Source: a bacterium (GTDB taxonomy: Bacteria; UBA8248). From it: a DNA stretch of 64,000 nucleotides. Shown in pieces: positions 12,367 to 23,481 of this stretch. The stretch is taken from the NCBI GenBank assembly GCA_965219955.1, contig OZ244799.1, positions 256,001 to 320,000 on the forward strand, written 5' to 3'. The notes below the pieces were generated by a model. That model was not told the origin of the DNA. It saw only the letters and a program-made list of their open reading frames with translations, and made no database searches. Numbering within the stretch: position 1 is the stretch's first letter; every line of letters starts with the position of its first letter. Position numbers and translations under genes: made by a program.

Positions 12367-12650
12367 GGAGACCGCGCCGGGGGGGAAGCAGGAAGCAGCG
12401 AAAGCGCGATCAGGTGGAGCGCGAGGAGAGAGCTCCCAAGGAAGGCGTGATCGAGGTGGACGGGATCGTCGTGGAGCCTCTGCCGAACGCGATGTTTCGC
12501 GTTGAACTCGAAGGGGGCCACAAGGTATTGGCCCATATCTCGGGGAAAATGCGGATGCACTTTATCCGGATTCTTCCGGGGGACAACGTCAAGGTGGAAC
12601 TGTCCCCTTACGATTTGACGAGAGGGCGGATAACGAGTCGGTACAAGTAG
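12363..12650 (+). CDS. infA: Translation initiation factor IF-1 (start uncertain; N-terminal extension)
   Basis: [39 protein letters not shown]. Confidence 0.96.
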   Translation: MRRPRRGGSRKQRKRDQVEREERAPKEGVIEVDGIVVEPLPNAMFRVELEGGHKVLAHISGKMRMHFIRILPGDNVKVELSPYDLTRGRITSRYK

Positions 12651-12679
12651 ATGTTCCCAGTGAGATTTGGAGTCAGGCC

Positions 12680-12793
12680 ATGAAGGTGAGAAGTTCCGTC
12701 AAGCCGATGTGCGACAAGTGCAAGGTCATCCGCCGCAAGGGTGTTGTGCGCGTCTTGTGTTCGAACCCCAAGCACAAGCAGCGACAAGGCTGA
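12680..12793 (+). CDS. rpmJ: 50S ribosomal protein L36 (absent from ORF track)
   Basis: Manual translation [37 protein letters not shown]. Confidence 0.98.
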   Translation: MKVRSSVKPMCDKCKVIRRKGVVRVLCSNPKHKQRQG

Positions 12794-12824
12794 GGCGGCG
12801 ATAAGGAGATAAAGGAGAACGCGT

Positions 12825-13199
12825 ATGGCCCGTATAGCCGGAGTGGATATTCCCAACGAAAAGAACGTCAACATCGCTTTGACGTATATCTTTGGAATCG
12901 GGCGGACTTCCGCGAACAAGATAGTGGAAGAGGCGAACGTCAAAGCTTTCTCCAAGGTGAAGGACCTCACCGAAGCCGAAGTGCAGGCGTTGCGCGAGGT
13001 TATCGAGCGCGGCTATGCGGTGGAGGGCGACTTGAGGAGCCGGGTGACGATGAACATCAAGCGATTGATGGACATCGGCACGTACCGGGGGCTCCGGCAC
13101 CGCCGCGGACTGCCCGTTCGCGGGCAGAGAACCCACACGAACGCGCGCACCCGCAAGGGGCCGCGCAAGACGGTGGGCGCAAAGAAAAAGGACAACTGA
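12825..13199 (+). CDS. rpsM: 30S ribosomal protein S13
   Basis: [28 protein letters not shown]. Confidence 0.99.
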   Translation: MARIAGVDIPNEKNVNIALTYIFGIGRTSANKIVEEANVKAFSKVKDLTEAEVQALREVIERGYAVEGDLRSRVTMNIKRLMDIGTYRGLRHRRGLPVRGQRTHTNARTRKGPRKTVGAKKKDN

Positions 13200-13237
13200 T
13201 TTTTTGATTTCGTCTCTCACAGGGTAGGAGATTTCAA

Positions 13238-13639
13238 TTGGCGCAAGCGGGCAGAGGAAAGCGCGGTGGAAAGCGCCGTCGTGAGCGAAGAGCCATCGGC
13301 AAGGGCCAAGCTCATATTCTGGCGACCTTCAACAACACCATGATCTCGATTTCCGACACGGGCGGGAACGTGGTTTGCTGGTCGACGGCGGGCGGACAGG
13401 GTTTCAAGGGGTCTCGCAAGAGCACGCCTTTCGCCGCGCAGATGGCTGCCGCGGATGTCGCCAAAAAAGCGTTGGACCTGGGCGTGACTTCGGTGGAGGT
13501 ATTCGTGAGCGGTCCCGGCTCCGGCCGGGAAGCGGCGATTCGCTCGCTGGCCGCTGCGGGTCTCGAGGTGAGTCTCATTCGTGACGTAACGCCTATTCCC
13601 CACAATGGTTGCCGTCCACGGAAACGGCGCCGGGTCTAG
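13238..13639 (+). CDS. rpsK: 30S ribosomal protein S11
   Basis: TTG start; [23 protein letters not shown]. Confidence 0.99.
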   Translation: MAQAGRGKRGGKRRRERRAIGKGQAHILATFNNTMISISDTGGNVVCWSTAGGQGFKGSRKSTPFAAQMAAADVAKKALDLGVTSVEVFVSGPGSGREAAIRSLAAAGLEVSLIRDVTPIPHNGCRPRKRRRV

Positions 13640-13665
13640 GTCAAGGCGAAGAGGGAGTTTGAATT

Positions 13666-14298
13666 TTGGCGCGATACAAGGATTCGGTTTGTCGGCTTTG
13701 CCGAAGAGAGGGGATGAAGCTCTTCTTGAAGGGAGATCGCTGCATCGGCGATAAATGCTCTTTCGAGAAGCGGAGCTTTCCACCGGGGCAGCATGGCGCG
13801 GCGCGTTCGCGGGGAAAGCTGAGCGAGTACGGGCTTCAACTCCGGGAGAAACAAAAGGCGCGCCGTGTGTACGGCGTGCTGGAGAAGCAGTTCCGGCTGT
13901 ATTACAAGGAAGCGGCGCGGCGCAAGGGCGTCACCGGCGACAACCTGTTTTCACTGCTCGAATCCAGGCTGGACAACGTCGTTTTCCGGGCGAGTTTCGC
14001 GGATTCACGGAACCAGGCGCGTCAACTGGTGATTCACAACCACGTCCGGGTGAACGGCCGGAAGGTGAATCGCCCGGCGTTCGTCGTGCGCAAGGGCGAT
14101 GTCGTCGAGATAAAGGAGAAGAGCAAGAAGATTGCGCTGATCGTGCAGAGCGCGGAGAAAGGGAAGGTGCGCGGCGCTCCCGCCTGGCTCGACGTGGACC
14201 ACGCCGATCTTCAGGCGCGCGTCCTGGAGCCGCCCAGTCTGATTGAATCACAGATCGACATCAACGCGCAGCAGATTGTGGAACTGTATTCCAAATAA
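13666..14298 (+). CDS. rpsD: 30S ribosomal protein S4
   Basis: TTG start; [31 protein letters not shown]. Confidence 0.99.
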   Translation: MARYKDSVCRLCRREGMKLFLKGDRCIGDKCSFEKRSFPPGQHGAARSRGKLSEYGLQLREKQKARRVYGVLEKQFRLYYKEAARRKGVTGDNLFSLLESRLDNVVFRASFADSRNQARQLVIHNHVRVNGRKVNRPAFVVRKGDVVEIKEKSKKIALIVQSAEKGKVRGAPAWLDVDHADLQARVLEPPSLIESQIDINAQQIVELYSK

Positions 14299-14365
14299 TT
14301 GACGTGCTTGTTTCGACCAACTTGTTTTGAAAAGTGGTCAACCGCCGAACGGAGGACCAATAGAA

Positions 14366-15385
14366 ATGACAGCCATTGCTGATCTGGTCAAACCCGCTGG
14401 CCTGGAGCCGCAGCCGGAAAGTTTGACCGATACTTTCGGCCGTTTTGTCGCCGAGCCCCTGGAGCGCGGGTATGGCGTTACGCTGGGCAATGCGCTCCGC
14501 CGCGTGATCCTGTCTTCCCTGCAGGGAGCCGCTTTTACGGGCGTGCGCATCGAGGGGGTGTTTCACGAGTTTTCGAGCATTCCCGGCGTCATGGAAGACG
14601 TGACGGAAATCATCCTGAATCTCAAGGACGTCGTCATTGACGTGGAATCGGAAACTTTTCCGGTTCACATGCATTATCAGCATTCGGGTTCCGCCGGCGT
14701 ATTCAAGGCGGGGGATATCGAAGCCCCCGGGGGCGTGAAGGTGCTGACCCCCGAGGTGGAGATCGCCAACATGAACGATGAGGCGGAACTCGAGGTGGAA
14801 CTCGTGGCGAACATCGGCCGCGGCTACGTCCCCGCGGAGAGAAACGTGGATCTGTCCCTCGGCCCCCAGTTCATCCCGATGGACTCCATATTCTCCCCCA
14901 TCCGCCGCTGCACCTTCCAGGTGGAGAAAACACGGGTGGGCGACATCACGGACTACGACAAGCTGATTCTCGACGTGGAGACGAACGGAACCGTCGCCCC
15001 CGTGGATGCGGTTGCCCACGCGGCGAAGATATTGAAGGACAACCTCCAGATATTCATCAACTTCGAGGAAGAGCGTGCGCCGCAGGCGCCCAAGGTGGAT
15101 GAGCGCAAGCAAAGAATGGTGGAGAGTCTCGGCAGAAGCGTCGAGGAACTCGAGCTTTCGGTTCGCAGCTATAACTGCCTGAAAAACGCGCGGATCCGCA
15201 CTCTGGGCGAACTGGTGCAAAAAACGGAAGCCGAGTTGCTGAGAACGAGGAACTTCGGGCGCAAGAGTCTGAACGAAATTCGTGATATCCTCACGGGGAT
15301 GGGTTTGTCCCTCGGAATGGATTTGGGCTATATGAATCTCACGCCGCGCGAAGTGAGCGGGCAGGATGATTCCGAACAAGAATAG
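14366..15385 (+). CDS. rpoA: RNA polymerase alpha subunit
   Basis: [29 protein letters not shown]; ATG 14366 after GGAGG. Confidence 0.99.
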   Translation: MTAIADLVKPAGLEPQPESLTDTFGRFVAEPLERGYGVTLGNALRRVILSSLQGAAFTGVRIEGVFHEFSSIPGVMEDVTEIILNLKDVVIDVESETFPVHMHYQHSGSAGVFKAGDIEAPGGVKVLTPEVEIANMNDEAELEVELVANIGRGYVPAERNVDLSLGPQFIPMDSIFSPIRRCTFQVEKTRVGDITDYDKLILDVETNGTVAPVDAVAHAAKILKDNLQIFINFEEERAPQAPKVDERKQRMVESLGRSVEELELSVRSYNCLKNARIRTLGELVQKTEAELLRTRNFGRKSLNEIRDILTGMGLSLGMDLGYMNLTPREVSGQDDSEQE

Positions 15386-15396
15386 GAAATAGATAG

Positions 15397-15819
15397 ATGC
15401 GGCACCGATGGCACGGAAGAAAACTGGGACGCACCTCGAAGCATCGCGATGCCATGACGAGGAACATGGTGACGTCTCTCATCGACGAGGAGAGGGTGCG
15501 AACGACGCTGGCGAAGGCCAAGGAGGTGCGCCGCCACGCCGAGCGCATTATCACCACGGGCAAGAAAGGCACGCTCCACGCGCGGCGGCAGGTCGCCTCT
15601 TATCTCAAGACCCCCGCTGCGGTCGCCAAACTCATGGAGACCATCGCCCCGAGATATGCGGAGCGGCCCGGCGGCTATACCCGGATTCTGCGCCTCCCCC
15701 CCCGGCAGGGAGACGCCGCGCCCATGGCGCTCCTCGAGTTGATCGACAGGGACACCACGAGAGAAGAAGAAAGGCAGGAGCGGCGCCGGAAGAGAAAAGA
15801 GGCGCAAGGGGAAGCGTAG
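15397..15819 (+). CDS. rplQ: 50S ribosomal protein L17
   Basis: MRHR..GRKLGR, RPGGYTRI, GDAAPMA. Confidence 0.99.
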   Translation: MRHRWHGRKLGRTSKHRDAMTRNMVTSLIDEERVRTTLAKAKEVRRHAERIITTGKKGTLHARRQVASYLKTPAAVAKLMETIAPRYAERPGGYTRILRLPPRQGDAAPMALLELIDRDTTREEERQERRRKRKEAQGEA

Positions 15820-15843
15820 AGGCCCTTATATGAGAGACTCCTG

Positions 15844-15877
15844 AAAGGAGAGCCGCCGAGGCTCTCCTTTTTTCTTT
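15844..15877 (+). terminator. Intrinsic terminator of the alpha operon
   Basis: AAAGGAGAGCC-GCCGA-GGCTCTCCTTT followed by TTTCTTT, just after rplQ. Confidence 0.85.
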
Positions 15878-15889
15878 GGCCGAAACGGA

Positions 15890-16330
15890 ATGGAGAGCGA
15901 GCCATTGTCTGATGCCAGAGGACGCCCGGATGCGGATGGCTGTTTCGTATGCGGACCCGCGAACCCGATTGGCCTGAAAATCAAGTTCCGGCTCGATGGC
16001 GACGTCTGCCGCGCCGAGTTCACGCCGCAGTCCGTCCACCAGGGCTACGACGGCGTCACGCACGGCGGCATCGTCTTCAGCGTTCTCGATGACGTCATGG
16101 CGAACTGGCTTTTCCTCAAAGGAATGCGCGCCTATTCGGCGAGAAGCGAAATCCGCTATCGCGACCCCCTTCCGGTCGGCACCCCCCTGCTGCTCGAGGG
16201 AAGGCTGAAGAAGAAAAAGGGCAGGTTCGTCGTCCTGGAGGGAAAAGCGACCAGGGCGGAAGACGGCCGGGCCGTCGCCGAGGCGGAGAGCACGTTCCAT
16301 GTCGTGGAAGAGGAGGCGGAGGGTTCATGA
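15890..16330 (+). CDS. PaaI-family hotdog thioesterase
   Basis: CFVCGPANPIGL, HQGYDGVTHGGIVFSVLDD. Confidence 0.9.
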   Translation: MESEPLSDARGRPDADGCFVCGPANPIGLKIKFRLDGDVCRAEFTPQSVHQGYDGVTHGGIVFSVLDDVMANWLFLKGMRAYSARSEIRYRDPLPVGTPLLLEGRLKKKKGRFVVLEGKATRAEDGRAVAEAESTFHVVEEEAEGS

Positions 16331-17442
16331 AAATCGGGCTGCTCAGGGAAATCAAACAGGATGAATACAGGGTCGCCTTGACGCCCGGCGCCGTTGAGGC
16401 TCTAGCGGAGGCGGGCCACGCCGTGATGGTGGAAAAAGGGGCGGGCCTCGACGCCGGCATCGGGGATGCGGAATACAGGGCGGTGGGCGCGCGGGTCGTT
16501 TCGACGGCTGAGGAAATCTGGTCGGAGGGGGAGATGATCGTCAAGGTCAAGGAACCCCTGGAGGCGGAATTTCCGCTGATGCGCGAAGGGCAGATTCTGT
16601 TCGCCTTTTTGCATCTGGCCGCCTGCCGGCCCCTTGCGCGCGCCCTCGTGGAGAGCGGAGCCTGCGGCATCGCGTTCGAGACGGTGACTTCGTCCGAGGG
16701 CGTTTTGCCCATTTTGCAGCCCATGAGTGAGATCGCGGGCAGGATGGCCGTTCAGGAGGGCGCCAAGTATCTCGGAAAAAACCTGGGCGGACGCGGCGTT
16801 CTGCTGGCCGGGGCGCCGGGCGTTCCCCGCGGAAACGTGGTCATCCTCGGCGCGGGTATCGTCGGAAAGAACGCGGCCAAAATAGCGGTCGGCATGCACG
16901 CGGGCGTCACGGTCTTCGACATCAACCACGCGCGTCTCGAGTATATCGACGATATATTCGACGGCCGCGTCAAGACGCTGGTGTCCACGCGCTTTACCAT
17001 ACGCGAAGCCCTGCAGGAGGCGGATCTGGTCATCGGCGCCGTTTTGGTGCCGGGCGGGCGAACGCCGGTTCTGGTTTCGCGCGATATGCTGCGGGAGATG
17101 AACGCAGGCGCCGTCATCGTGGACGTTGCGGTGGACCAGGGCGGCTGCGTGGAGACGATACGGCCCACCTATCACTCGGATCCCACCTACCTCGTCGACG
17201 GCGTCGTCCACTACGGGGTGGCGAACATGCCGGGGGTCGTCCCCCGCACGAGCACCATCGCGCTCTCGAACGCCGTGCTGCCCTACGCCCTGGAACTGGC
17301 CAACTCGGGTCTCAAGGAAGCAGCGATGCGCAATCCGCACCTCGCCGACGGCCTGAACGTGGCCGGAGGGCGCGTCACGCACGCCGGCGTGGCGGAAGCC
17401 CTGGGAATGGAGGGCGCAAGCCCCCGGGAGGTGTTCGCCTAG
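16327..17442 (+). CDS. ald: Alanine dehydrogenase
   Basis: EIKQDEYRVALTP, VKVKEP, PMSEIAGR, VDVAVDQGG, VANMPG. Confidence 0.95.
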   Translation: MKIGLLREIKQDEYRVALTPGAVEALAEAGHAVMVEKGAGLDAGIGDAEYRAVGARVVSTAEEIWSEGEMIVKVKEPLEAEFPLMREGQILFAFLHLAACRPLARALVESGACGIAFETVTSSEGVLPILQPMSEIAGRMAVQEGAKYLGKNLGGRGVLLAGAPGVPRGNVVILGAGIVGKNAAKIAVGMHAGVTVFDINHARLEYIDDIFDGRVKTLVSTRFTIREALQEADLVIGAVLVPGGRTPVLVSRDMLREMNAGAVIVDVAVDQGGCVETIRPTYHSDPTYLVDGVVHYGVANMPGVVPRTSTIALSNAVLPYALELANSGLKEAAMRNPHLADGLNVAGGRVTHAGVAEALGMEGASPREVFA

Positions 17443-18167
17443 TCGCGTTCCGCGACCGGGACGCTCGCGTTTTCAGGCGATTTCTTGATGAGGTCCAGCA
17501 CGAATTTCCCTTGAATTTCCAGGTGCCGAATCACCAGGCGCTCGGCGGCTCTCGCGTCTCCGTCGAGAATGGCATCGAGTATCTCCTCATGCTCGGTCAT
17601 GGAGCCTTCGAGACGCCCGGGCGCGTGGAGCGTCACCACGCGGGTCTTCATGATCTGCTGCCGGAGGTTCCCGATGAGCCCCTGGAGCCTCGAGTTCTCG
17701 CAGGCGCTCGTGATGTGGCGGTGAAAATCGCGGTTCGCCGCCCAGTAGGCGTCCACCTCGCCGCGCTCGTGGCGGCGCTTCAACTGCTCGAAAAACGCGT
17801 GCAGCTTTTCGTTCGCACGTCCCTCGCGGAGGTTTGGGGTCGCGAGGCGCGTGGCGAGACCCTCGAGTACGCTCGTGATCGTGTAGATGTCCAGAACCTC
17901 ATCCTCGCCCACGAGGCTCACGTGCGCCCCCTTGTGCGGGACGACGGTGATGTAGCCTTCCGCCGCGAGTTCCCGGAAGGCTTCGCGTAGCGGGGTCCTG
18001 CTCACGCCCATCGATTCGGTCAGCGTCGTCTCGACCAGCTTATCTCCCGGCTGGAAGATGCCGTTCAGGATGGCGTCTTTTATCTGCTCCGACACCATCT
18101 TGCTCAGGGATTTGGGTTTTTCGATCTGAACGCCCGGTATCCGCACCTCAATCCCCCCATGACCCAT
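17439..18167 (-). CDS. GntR-family regulator (FadR/FCD type)
   Basis: PGDKLVE..L...GVSRTPLREA; NRDFH...EHEEILDAI. Confidence 0.92.
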   Translation of the reverse strand: MGHGGIEVRIPGVQIEKPKSLSKMVSEQIKDAILNGIFQPGDKLVETTLTESMGVSRTPLREAFRELAAEGYITVVPHKGAHVSLVGEDEVLDIYTITSVLEGLATRLATPNLREGRANEKLHAFFEQLKRRHERGEVDAYWAANRDFHRHITSACENSRLQGLIGNLRQQIMKTRVVTLHAPGRLEGSMTEHEEILDAILDGDARAAERLVIRHLEIQGKFVLDLIKKSPENASVPVAERD

Positions 18168-18225
18168 TACACGGGGTCAACGCTCCCGCGCCGGAGAAGT
18201 TCGCGAAGATGTCCATCGCCCAGCC

Positions 18226-19416
18226 TCACACCACGCCTTCTTCTCGAAGGGTGTTTCTTTGCGCCTCATCCATGCCGAGGACGGATTCGAGCACCTCTTC
18301 GGTGTGCTGGCCCAGCGTGGGCGGCGGCGTCCGCACGGCGCCCGGGGTCTCGGAGAGCTTGATGGGCACGCCGGTCACCTTCGTGGGGCCGGCGATGGGC
18401 ACGTCGATGTCCACCACCATCTCGCGCGCGAGAATCTGGGGCTCGTTCAGCACCTGCTCGAGATTGTTTATCGGGCCGCAGGGGATGCCCGCCTCCCGCA
18501 GGGTTCCGATGGTCTCTTCCACCGTCTTCTCGGCGAAGAAGGGGTCGAGAATCCCCTGGAGCTCCAGGCGGTTGTCCACCCTGTCCTTGTTGACGGCGAA
18601 CTTGGAGTCTTCCTTGATCCCGTCCAGCCCCATGGCGTCGCAGAACCTTCGCCAGAGGCTGTCGTTCCCCACGCCGAGGTTGAAGTAGCCATCCTTGCAC
18701 TTGTATGTCTCATACGGCGTGATGGAGGGATGCTTGTTCCCCCGCCTCGGCGGAAGCTTCCCGGTTCCGAAGTAGTTGTTCGCGTGGTAGGTGAGCAGGG
18801 CCACCTGCCCGTCGAGCATGCCGACGTCGACCATCTGGCCGACGCCGGTCTTCTCCCGGTGGTAGAGGGAGAGCAGAACCCCCTGGGCGGCGAGCATTCC
18901 CGCCGTGATGTCTCCAATGGATGCGCCGAACTTGCTGGGCGGGCCGTCGGGCTCTCCGGTGATGCTCATGATACCGCCTTCGCCCTGGATGACCACGTCG
19001 AAGCCGGGCTCGTTTTTCCGGGGGCCGGTCTGGCCGAACCCCGAGAGCGAGGCGAAGATGGCCGCGGGGTTGATGCGGTGGATCTCCTCCCAGGAAAACC
19101 CGAGCTTGTCCAGCGTGCCGGGCCGGAAATTCTCCACGACGACGTCGCCCTTGCGGATCAAGTCCCGCAGGAGTTCCTTTCCGCGCTCGTCCTTCAGGTT
19201 GAGCGTGAGGCTTTTCTTGTTGCGGTTGATCGAGATGAAGTACGTGCTCACCCCGTTCAGAAAGGGAGGCCCCCAGCCCCGGGTGTCGTCCCCGCCCTGG
19301 GGATGTTCGATCTTGATGACCTCCGCGCCCATATCGCCCAGCATCATGGTGCAATACGGGCCCGCGAGGATTCGCGTCAGGTCGACGACCCGGATGCCTT
19401 CCAGTGGTCCAGCCAT
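18226..19416 (-). CDS. Class III (CaiB/BaiF) CoA-transferase
   Basis: PLEGIRVVDLTRILAGPYCTMMLGDMGAEVIKIE, NRNKKS, ENFRPG, PTLGQHT. Confidence 0.95.
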   Translation of the reverse strand: MAGPLEGIRVVDLTRILAGPYCTMMLGDMGAEVIKIEHPQGGDDTRGWGPPFLNGVSTYFISINRNKKSLTLNLKDERGKELLRDLIRKGDVVVENFRPGTLDKLGFSWEEIHRINPAAIFASLSGFGQTGPRKNEPGFDVVIQGEGGIMSITGEPDGPPSKFGASIGDITAGMLAAQGVLLSLYHREKTGVGQMVDVGMLDGQVALLTYHANNYFGTGKLPPRRGNKHPSITPYETYKCKDGYFNLGVGNDSLWRRFCDAMGLDGIKEDSKFAVNKDRVDNRLELQGILDPFFAEKTVEETIGTLREAGIPCGPINNLEQVLNEPQILAREMVVDIDVPIAGPTKVTGVPIKLSETPGAVRTPPPTLGQHTEEVLESVLGMDEAQRNTLREEGVV

Positions 19417-19429
19417 GAATGTCGCTCCT

Positions 19430-20554
19430 TCAAACTCGGATGAGTGATATCAGCACGCCGGCCGCGATCGCCGAACCGATGACGCCCGCCACGTTGGGGC
19501 CCATCGCGTGCATGAGCAGAAAATTGCCCGGATTCTCGTCGGCCCCCACCTTCTGGACGACGCGGGCCGCCATGGGGACCGCGCTCACGCCCGCCGCCCC
19601 GATGAGGGGATTGATCGGCGTGCTGCTGAACGCCGCCATGATCTTGCCGAAGATGACGCCGGTGGCCGTGCCGATGCCGAAGGCGATGAAGCCGAGCAGG
19701 AGGATGCCGATGGTCTCCCACTTGAGAAACGTCTCGGCCGTCATCGAAGCGCCCACCGAGACGCCGAGGAATATCGTCACGATGTTGAGCAGCGCATCTT
19801 CCGAAGTCTTCAAGAGCCTCTCGACGACCCCGCACTCGCGGAAGAGGTTTCCGAGCATGAGCATCCCGATGAGGGGCGCCGCCGAGGGGAGGAGGAGGCC
19901 CGTGAGCAGCGTCGTGACGATGGGGAAGAGGATGCGGACGGGCTTTTCGATCTCCTTGAGCTGCATCATCTCCCGCGAGCGCTCCTCGCTGTTCGTCAGC
20001 GCCTTCATGATGGGAGGCTGTATCATCGGAACGAGCGCCATGTAGCTGTAGGCGGCCACGGCGATGGGGCCGAGCAGGTGGGGCGCCAGCTTGGAAGCCG
20101 TGTAGATGGCCGTGGGGCCGTCCGCCCCGCCGATGATGCCGATGGCGCCGGCTTCTGAGAGGTTGAAGCCCAGGAATATGCTCCCGAGCAGCGTGGCGAA
20201 AATGCCGAACTGCGCCGCCGCGCCCAGGAGCAGCGTCTTGGGGTTCGCGAGCAGCGGGCCGAAGTCCGTGAGCGCCCCGATGCCCATGAAGATCAGGGGC
20301 GGGAAAACGCCCGCCTTCACCCCGAAGTAGAAATAGCTGATGAGGCCGCCCTTATCGAAAATACCGGTTTCGGGGAGGTTCGAAAGCAGCATGCCGAATC
20401 CGATGGGCACCAGGAGCAGGGGCTCAAAGCCTTTCTGGATGGCCAGATAGAGAAGCAGGCAGGAGATGGCGAGCATGAGGACGTCGCCGAAATGAAGTGA
20501 CGCGAACCCGGTGAGGGAGATGAAATCGGCGATCGAATGGAACAGACTGCTCAT
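19430..20554 (-). CDS. Na+-translocating decarboxylase beta subunit (OadB/MmdB family)
   Basis: [47 protein letters not shown]; ATG 20554 overlaps upstream stop. Confidence 0.95.
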   Translation of the reverse strand: MSSLFHSIADFISLTGFASLHFGDVLMLAISCLLLYLAIQKGFEPLLLVPIGFGMLLSNLPETGIFDKGGLISYFYFGVKAGVFPPLIFMGIGALTDFGPLLANPKTLLLGAAAQFGIFATLLGSIFLGFNLSEAGAIGIIGGADGPTAIYTASKLAPHLLGPIAVAAYSYMALVPMIQPPIMKALTNSEERSREMMQLKEIEKPVRILFPIVTTLLTGLLLPSAAPLIGMLMLGNLFRECGVVERLLKTSEDALLNIVTIFLGVSVGASMTAETFLKWETIGILLLGFIAFGIGTATGVIFGKIMAAFSSTPINPLIGAAGVSAVPMAARVVQKVGADENPGNFLLMHAMGPNVAGVIGSAIAAGVLISLIRV

Positions 20555-20958
20555 GAGACTTCCATCAGCAGCTGAGAGGCTTCCACCTTGTCGCCTTTCG
20601 CCACGTGAACCGCCTGAACGACGCAGTCCGAATCCGCCTGAATCACGTTCTCCATCTTCATGGCTTCCAGCACCAAAAGCGTATCGCCTGCGCGCGCCGA
20701 ATCGCCCGGCGCCACCTCGACGGCGAGGACCACGCCCGGAAGGGGGGCGAGTATCTTCCCGCCGACGCTCGTCGCCCTGGGCGCGGGCTTGCGCGCGGCG
20801 GGGGATGGACGGGGAGCGGCGGCCGCCTTCTCCTCCTCTTCCACCTCCACGCGATGCGTCTGCCCGTCTACCGTGATTTCGAGTTCGTCCGAGCCGGGGC
20901 CGCGCTCCACGCTCACCGCGTAGCGTTTCCCGTTGATGGTCAGATGGAAGTTTCTCAC
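20551..20958 (-). CDS. Biotin carboxyl carrier subunit (MmdC-like)
   Basis: APLPGVV...LEAMKMEN; Ala/Pro linker; GTG 20958. Confidence 0.93.
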   Translation of the reverse strand: MRNFHLTINGKRYAVSVERGPGSDELEITVDGQTHRVEVEEEEKAAAAPRPSPAARKPAPRATSVGGKILAPLPGVVLAVEVAPGDSARAGDTLLVLEAMKMENVIQADSDCVVQAVHVAKGDKVEASQLLMEVS

Positions 20959-21275
20959 CGCCGCCTCCGCTGGCTGAGACGCCCCACGCGGGCGGACCGC
21001 GCCCAAAGGGAATTCGCGTTCCGCCGCACCTCGGGAACGTACACATCGGGCGTTTCGGTTTCGAGGAAATATCCGGCGGCGGCGGCCAGGACGAGTTCCA
21101 GATCGTCGCTTTCAGGCGCAGCCTCCTGCTCCACCGTGCCCGCATCAGGTTCGCGCCGCCCCGAGCCGACGAACCTCTCCAGAAGCAGGATGACCACCAT
21201 CAGCACGAGCAGGGAGCCGAAAACGACGCCCATGCCGATGATCGTCAGCATGATTCCGGGCATGAATGCATCCAC
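20955..21275 (-). CDS. Decarboxylase small membrane subunit (OadG/MmdD family)
   Basis: N-terminal TM segment [12 protein letters not shown]; LVLAAAA; C-terminal SLW...R; operon context. Confidence 0.85.
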   Translation of the reverse strand: MDAFMPGIMLTIIGMGVVFGSLLVLMVVILLLERFVGSGRREPDAGTVEQEAAPESDDLELVLAAAAGYFLETETPDVYVPEVRRNANSLWARSARVGRLSQRRRR

Positions 21276-21292
21276 GGGGAAGTCCTTATCCT

Positions 21293-22855
21293 TTACAACG
21301 GTATGTTTCCGTGTTTTTTCCGCGGCCTGTCCTCGCGCTTGTGAGCGGTCATCTCGAGCGCGCGGATGAGCGCGCCCCTCGTGTGGCGCGGCTCGATGAT
21401 GACGTCCACCAGCCCGTATTTCGCCGCCGTATAGGGCTTGGCGAAAAGGTTGCGGTATTCTTCTATCTTCTCCTGACGGACCTTCTCGGGGTCCTCGGCC
21501 TCGCCGATCTCGCGCCGGAAGATGATGTTGGCCGCTCCTTCGGGGCCCATCACGGCGATCTCGGCGAACGGATACGCCAGTACGCGGTCGTAGCCCAGGC
21601 CGAACCCGCTCATCGCGATGTAGGCGCCGCCGTAGCTTTTTCTGACGATCAAGGCGACTTTCGGCACGTTCGCCTCGCTGTAGGCGAAGAGCACCTTGGC
21701 CCCGTGGCGGATGACGCCGCCGTATTCCTGCTGGGTGCCTGGCAGATAGCCGGGCACGTCCACGAAGTTGACGATGGGGAGGTTGAAGGCGTCGCAGAAG
21801 CGCACGAAGCGCGCGAGCTTATCGGAGCTGTCGATGTCCAGGACGCCTGCCAGATGCGTGGGCTGGTTTCCCACGACGCCGACGGGCTTTCCCCCCAGGC
21901 GCGCGAACCCGACGACGATGTTTTTGGCGAAATCGGCCTGAACCTCCAGGAAATCGCCGTCGTCGAAGACATTGGCCACCAGGTCGCGCACGTCGTAGGC
22001 CTGCGTGGCGTCCGCCGGGACGATACCGTCGAGTTCGGGGTTCTCATCCGGCGGCCATTCGGGCGTATCGGTACGGGGAGGGTCGTCCAGGTTGTTCGAG
22101 GGCAGGAAGGAGAGCAGTTTCTTCACCACCTGGAAGCACTCGCGCTCGTCTTTGGTGAGGAAATGCGCGTTCCCGCTCGTCGAGCTGTGTACCGCGCCGC
22201 CGCCCAACTCCTCGACGGATACGTCCTCTCCCGTCACGGCCTTGATGACCTCAGGCCCGGTGATGAACATCTTGCTCAGCCCGTCGACCATGAAGACGAA
22301 GTCCGTGATGGCGGGCGAGTAGACGGCCCCGCCCGCGCAGGGACCGAGGATGATCGATATCTGCGGGATCACGCCCGACGCCTGGGTGTTGTTATGGAAG
22401 ATTTGCGCGTAGCCGTGAAGCGCCAGGACGCCCTCGTGGATGCGAGCGCCGCCCGAATCGAGGATGGTGACGATGGGCGCGCCCGCCTTCATGGCGAGTT
22501 CCTGCATCTTCACGATTTTTTCGGCGTGCATCTCGCCAAGCGAGCCGCCGAGGGCGCCGAAATCCTGGGAGGCCACGAACACGAGCTGGCCGTTCACGTG
22601 TCCGCTGCCGGTGATGACGCCGTCCCCGGGGGAGCGCCGCGCGTCCATCCCGAAATCCGTGGCGCGCGTCTCGACGAAGAGGTTGAGTTCCGAAAAACTG
22701 TCGGGGTCGAGCAGGAGGTCGATGCGCTCCCTGGCGGTCAGCTTCCCCTGCTTGTGCTGGCGCTCTCTCGCCGCCTCGCCGCCCAGCGCCTGCGCCCGGG
22801 AGGTCAACGCTTTCAGTTCATCTATGGGATCCGGACTGTTCGGGTCGGGCGGCAA
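21293..22855 (-). CDS. Acyl-CoA carboxyltransferase (MmdA/PccB family)
   Basis: GKLTARERI, DSGGARI, GGAVYSPA, VDVPGYLPG, KKHGNIPL; TTG 22855 after AGGAG. Confidence 0.93.
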   Translation of the reverse strand: MPPDPNSPDPIDELKALTSRAQALGGEAARERQHKQGKLTARERIDLLLDPDSFSELNLFVETRATDFGMDARRSPGDGVITGSGHVNGQLVFVASQDFGALGGSLGEMHAEKIVKMQELAMKAGAPIVTILDSGGARIHEGVLALHGYAQIFHNNTQASGVIPQISIILGPCAGGAVYSPAITDFVFMVDGLSKMFITGPEVIKAVTGEDVSVEELGGGAVHSSTSGNAHFLTKDERECFQVVKKLLSFLPSNNLDDPPRTDTPEWPPDENPELDGIVPADATQAYDVRDLVANVFDDGDFLEVQADFAKNIVVGFARLGGKPVGVVGNQPTHLAGVLDIDSSDKLARFVRFCDAFNLPIVNFVDVPGYLPGTQQEYGGVIRHGAKVLFAYSEANVPKVALIVRKSYGGAYIAMSGFGLGYDRVLAYPFAEIAVMGPEGAANIIFRREIGEAEDPEKVRQEKIEEYRNLFAKPYTAAKYGLVDVIIEPRHTRGALIRALEMTAHKREDRPRKKHGNIPL

Positions 22856-22877
22856 TGCGCGTCTCCTGAAAGTGTAT

Positions 22878-22911
22878 ATTGCATACAATCAGCTTTGGGC
22901 CGCAAAGTCAA
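22878..22911 (-). promoter_or_regulatory. Candidate GntR operator and -35 box of the decarboxylase operon
   Basis: Near-palindrome ATTGCATACAAT (22878-22889); TTGACT on minus strand at 22906-22911. Confidence 0.5.
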
Positions 22912-23008
22912 GGGTTTTCAAATGCGCCGGAAAGGATTTTCGGGAGAGAATCGGCGCGGTGGGGTGGAGTTGGCGACTGGAAACGAGGGAATTAACTCTC
23001 CCCCTTGG

Positions 23009-23235
23009 GGGGCTGTTGAAAAAGCCTCGATGAACGAGGAATGGCGAATTATGGCCGCGCTCGCCGCGGATGAAAATTTCAACCGTAGGGGCGTCGAACT
23101 TCCCGAAGAGGGAAGTTCGACCGTGCCCGCCCGTATCGGGAATGTCTATGCCCGCAAGAGGCCTCGGACAGGCACGGAGGCCTGTCCCTACGGCGGACAA
23201 TCTCGAAGGTCGGATAGGGCTTTTTCAACAATCCC
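23009..23235. mobile_element. MITE-like element with IS1182-type ends carrying a GTAG REP doublet
   Basis: GGGGCTGTTGAAAAAGCC ... GGGCTTTTTCAACAATCCC; splits the CCCCC-TTGA-GGGG hairpin of a 165-bp repeat. Confidence 0.7.
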
Positions 23236-23408
23236 TTGAGGGGAAGTCGAAGAGGCCGAGCGTTTTTTGCGAAGGCCGATTCGGTGGGGGGTAAAATGCG
23301 TTTTATCGCCACCCGAATTATCCCCCCACCGATTCGCTTGCGGGCTTGCGCCCTTAGCTCTTCGTCTGGCTTTCCCCTCGGGAAGCCAGACCCTCAAGGG
23401 GGGAGTGA
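23236..23408. repeat. 165-bp-family palindromic repeat, copy A (left hairpin split, arm at 22994-23008)
   Basis: TTGAGGGGAAGTCGA..GATTCGGTGGGGGGTA..CCCCCCACCGATTC..CCTCAAGGGGGGAGTGA. Confidence 0.8.
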
Positions 23409-23481
23409 ATATCCTTTCTTGTCGGTCGGAAATGACCCCTAGTCACTCGCGTTTGACCCCCTGAGCAACTCTCCGCTCCGC

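Noticed and set aside
19430-21145. 571-aa ORF as a long or fused beta subunit
   Set aside because: The N-terminal part is an off-frame read through the biotin carrier and small subunit genes; the likely start is 20554.
21266-23239. Long antisense ORFs (also 37284-38765, 42855-44321, 50678-52375)
   Set aside because: Shadow frames typical of high-GC genes, opposite better-supported CDSs, with no recognisable motifs.
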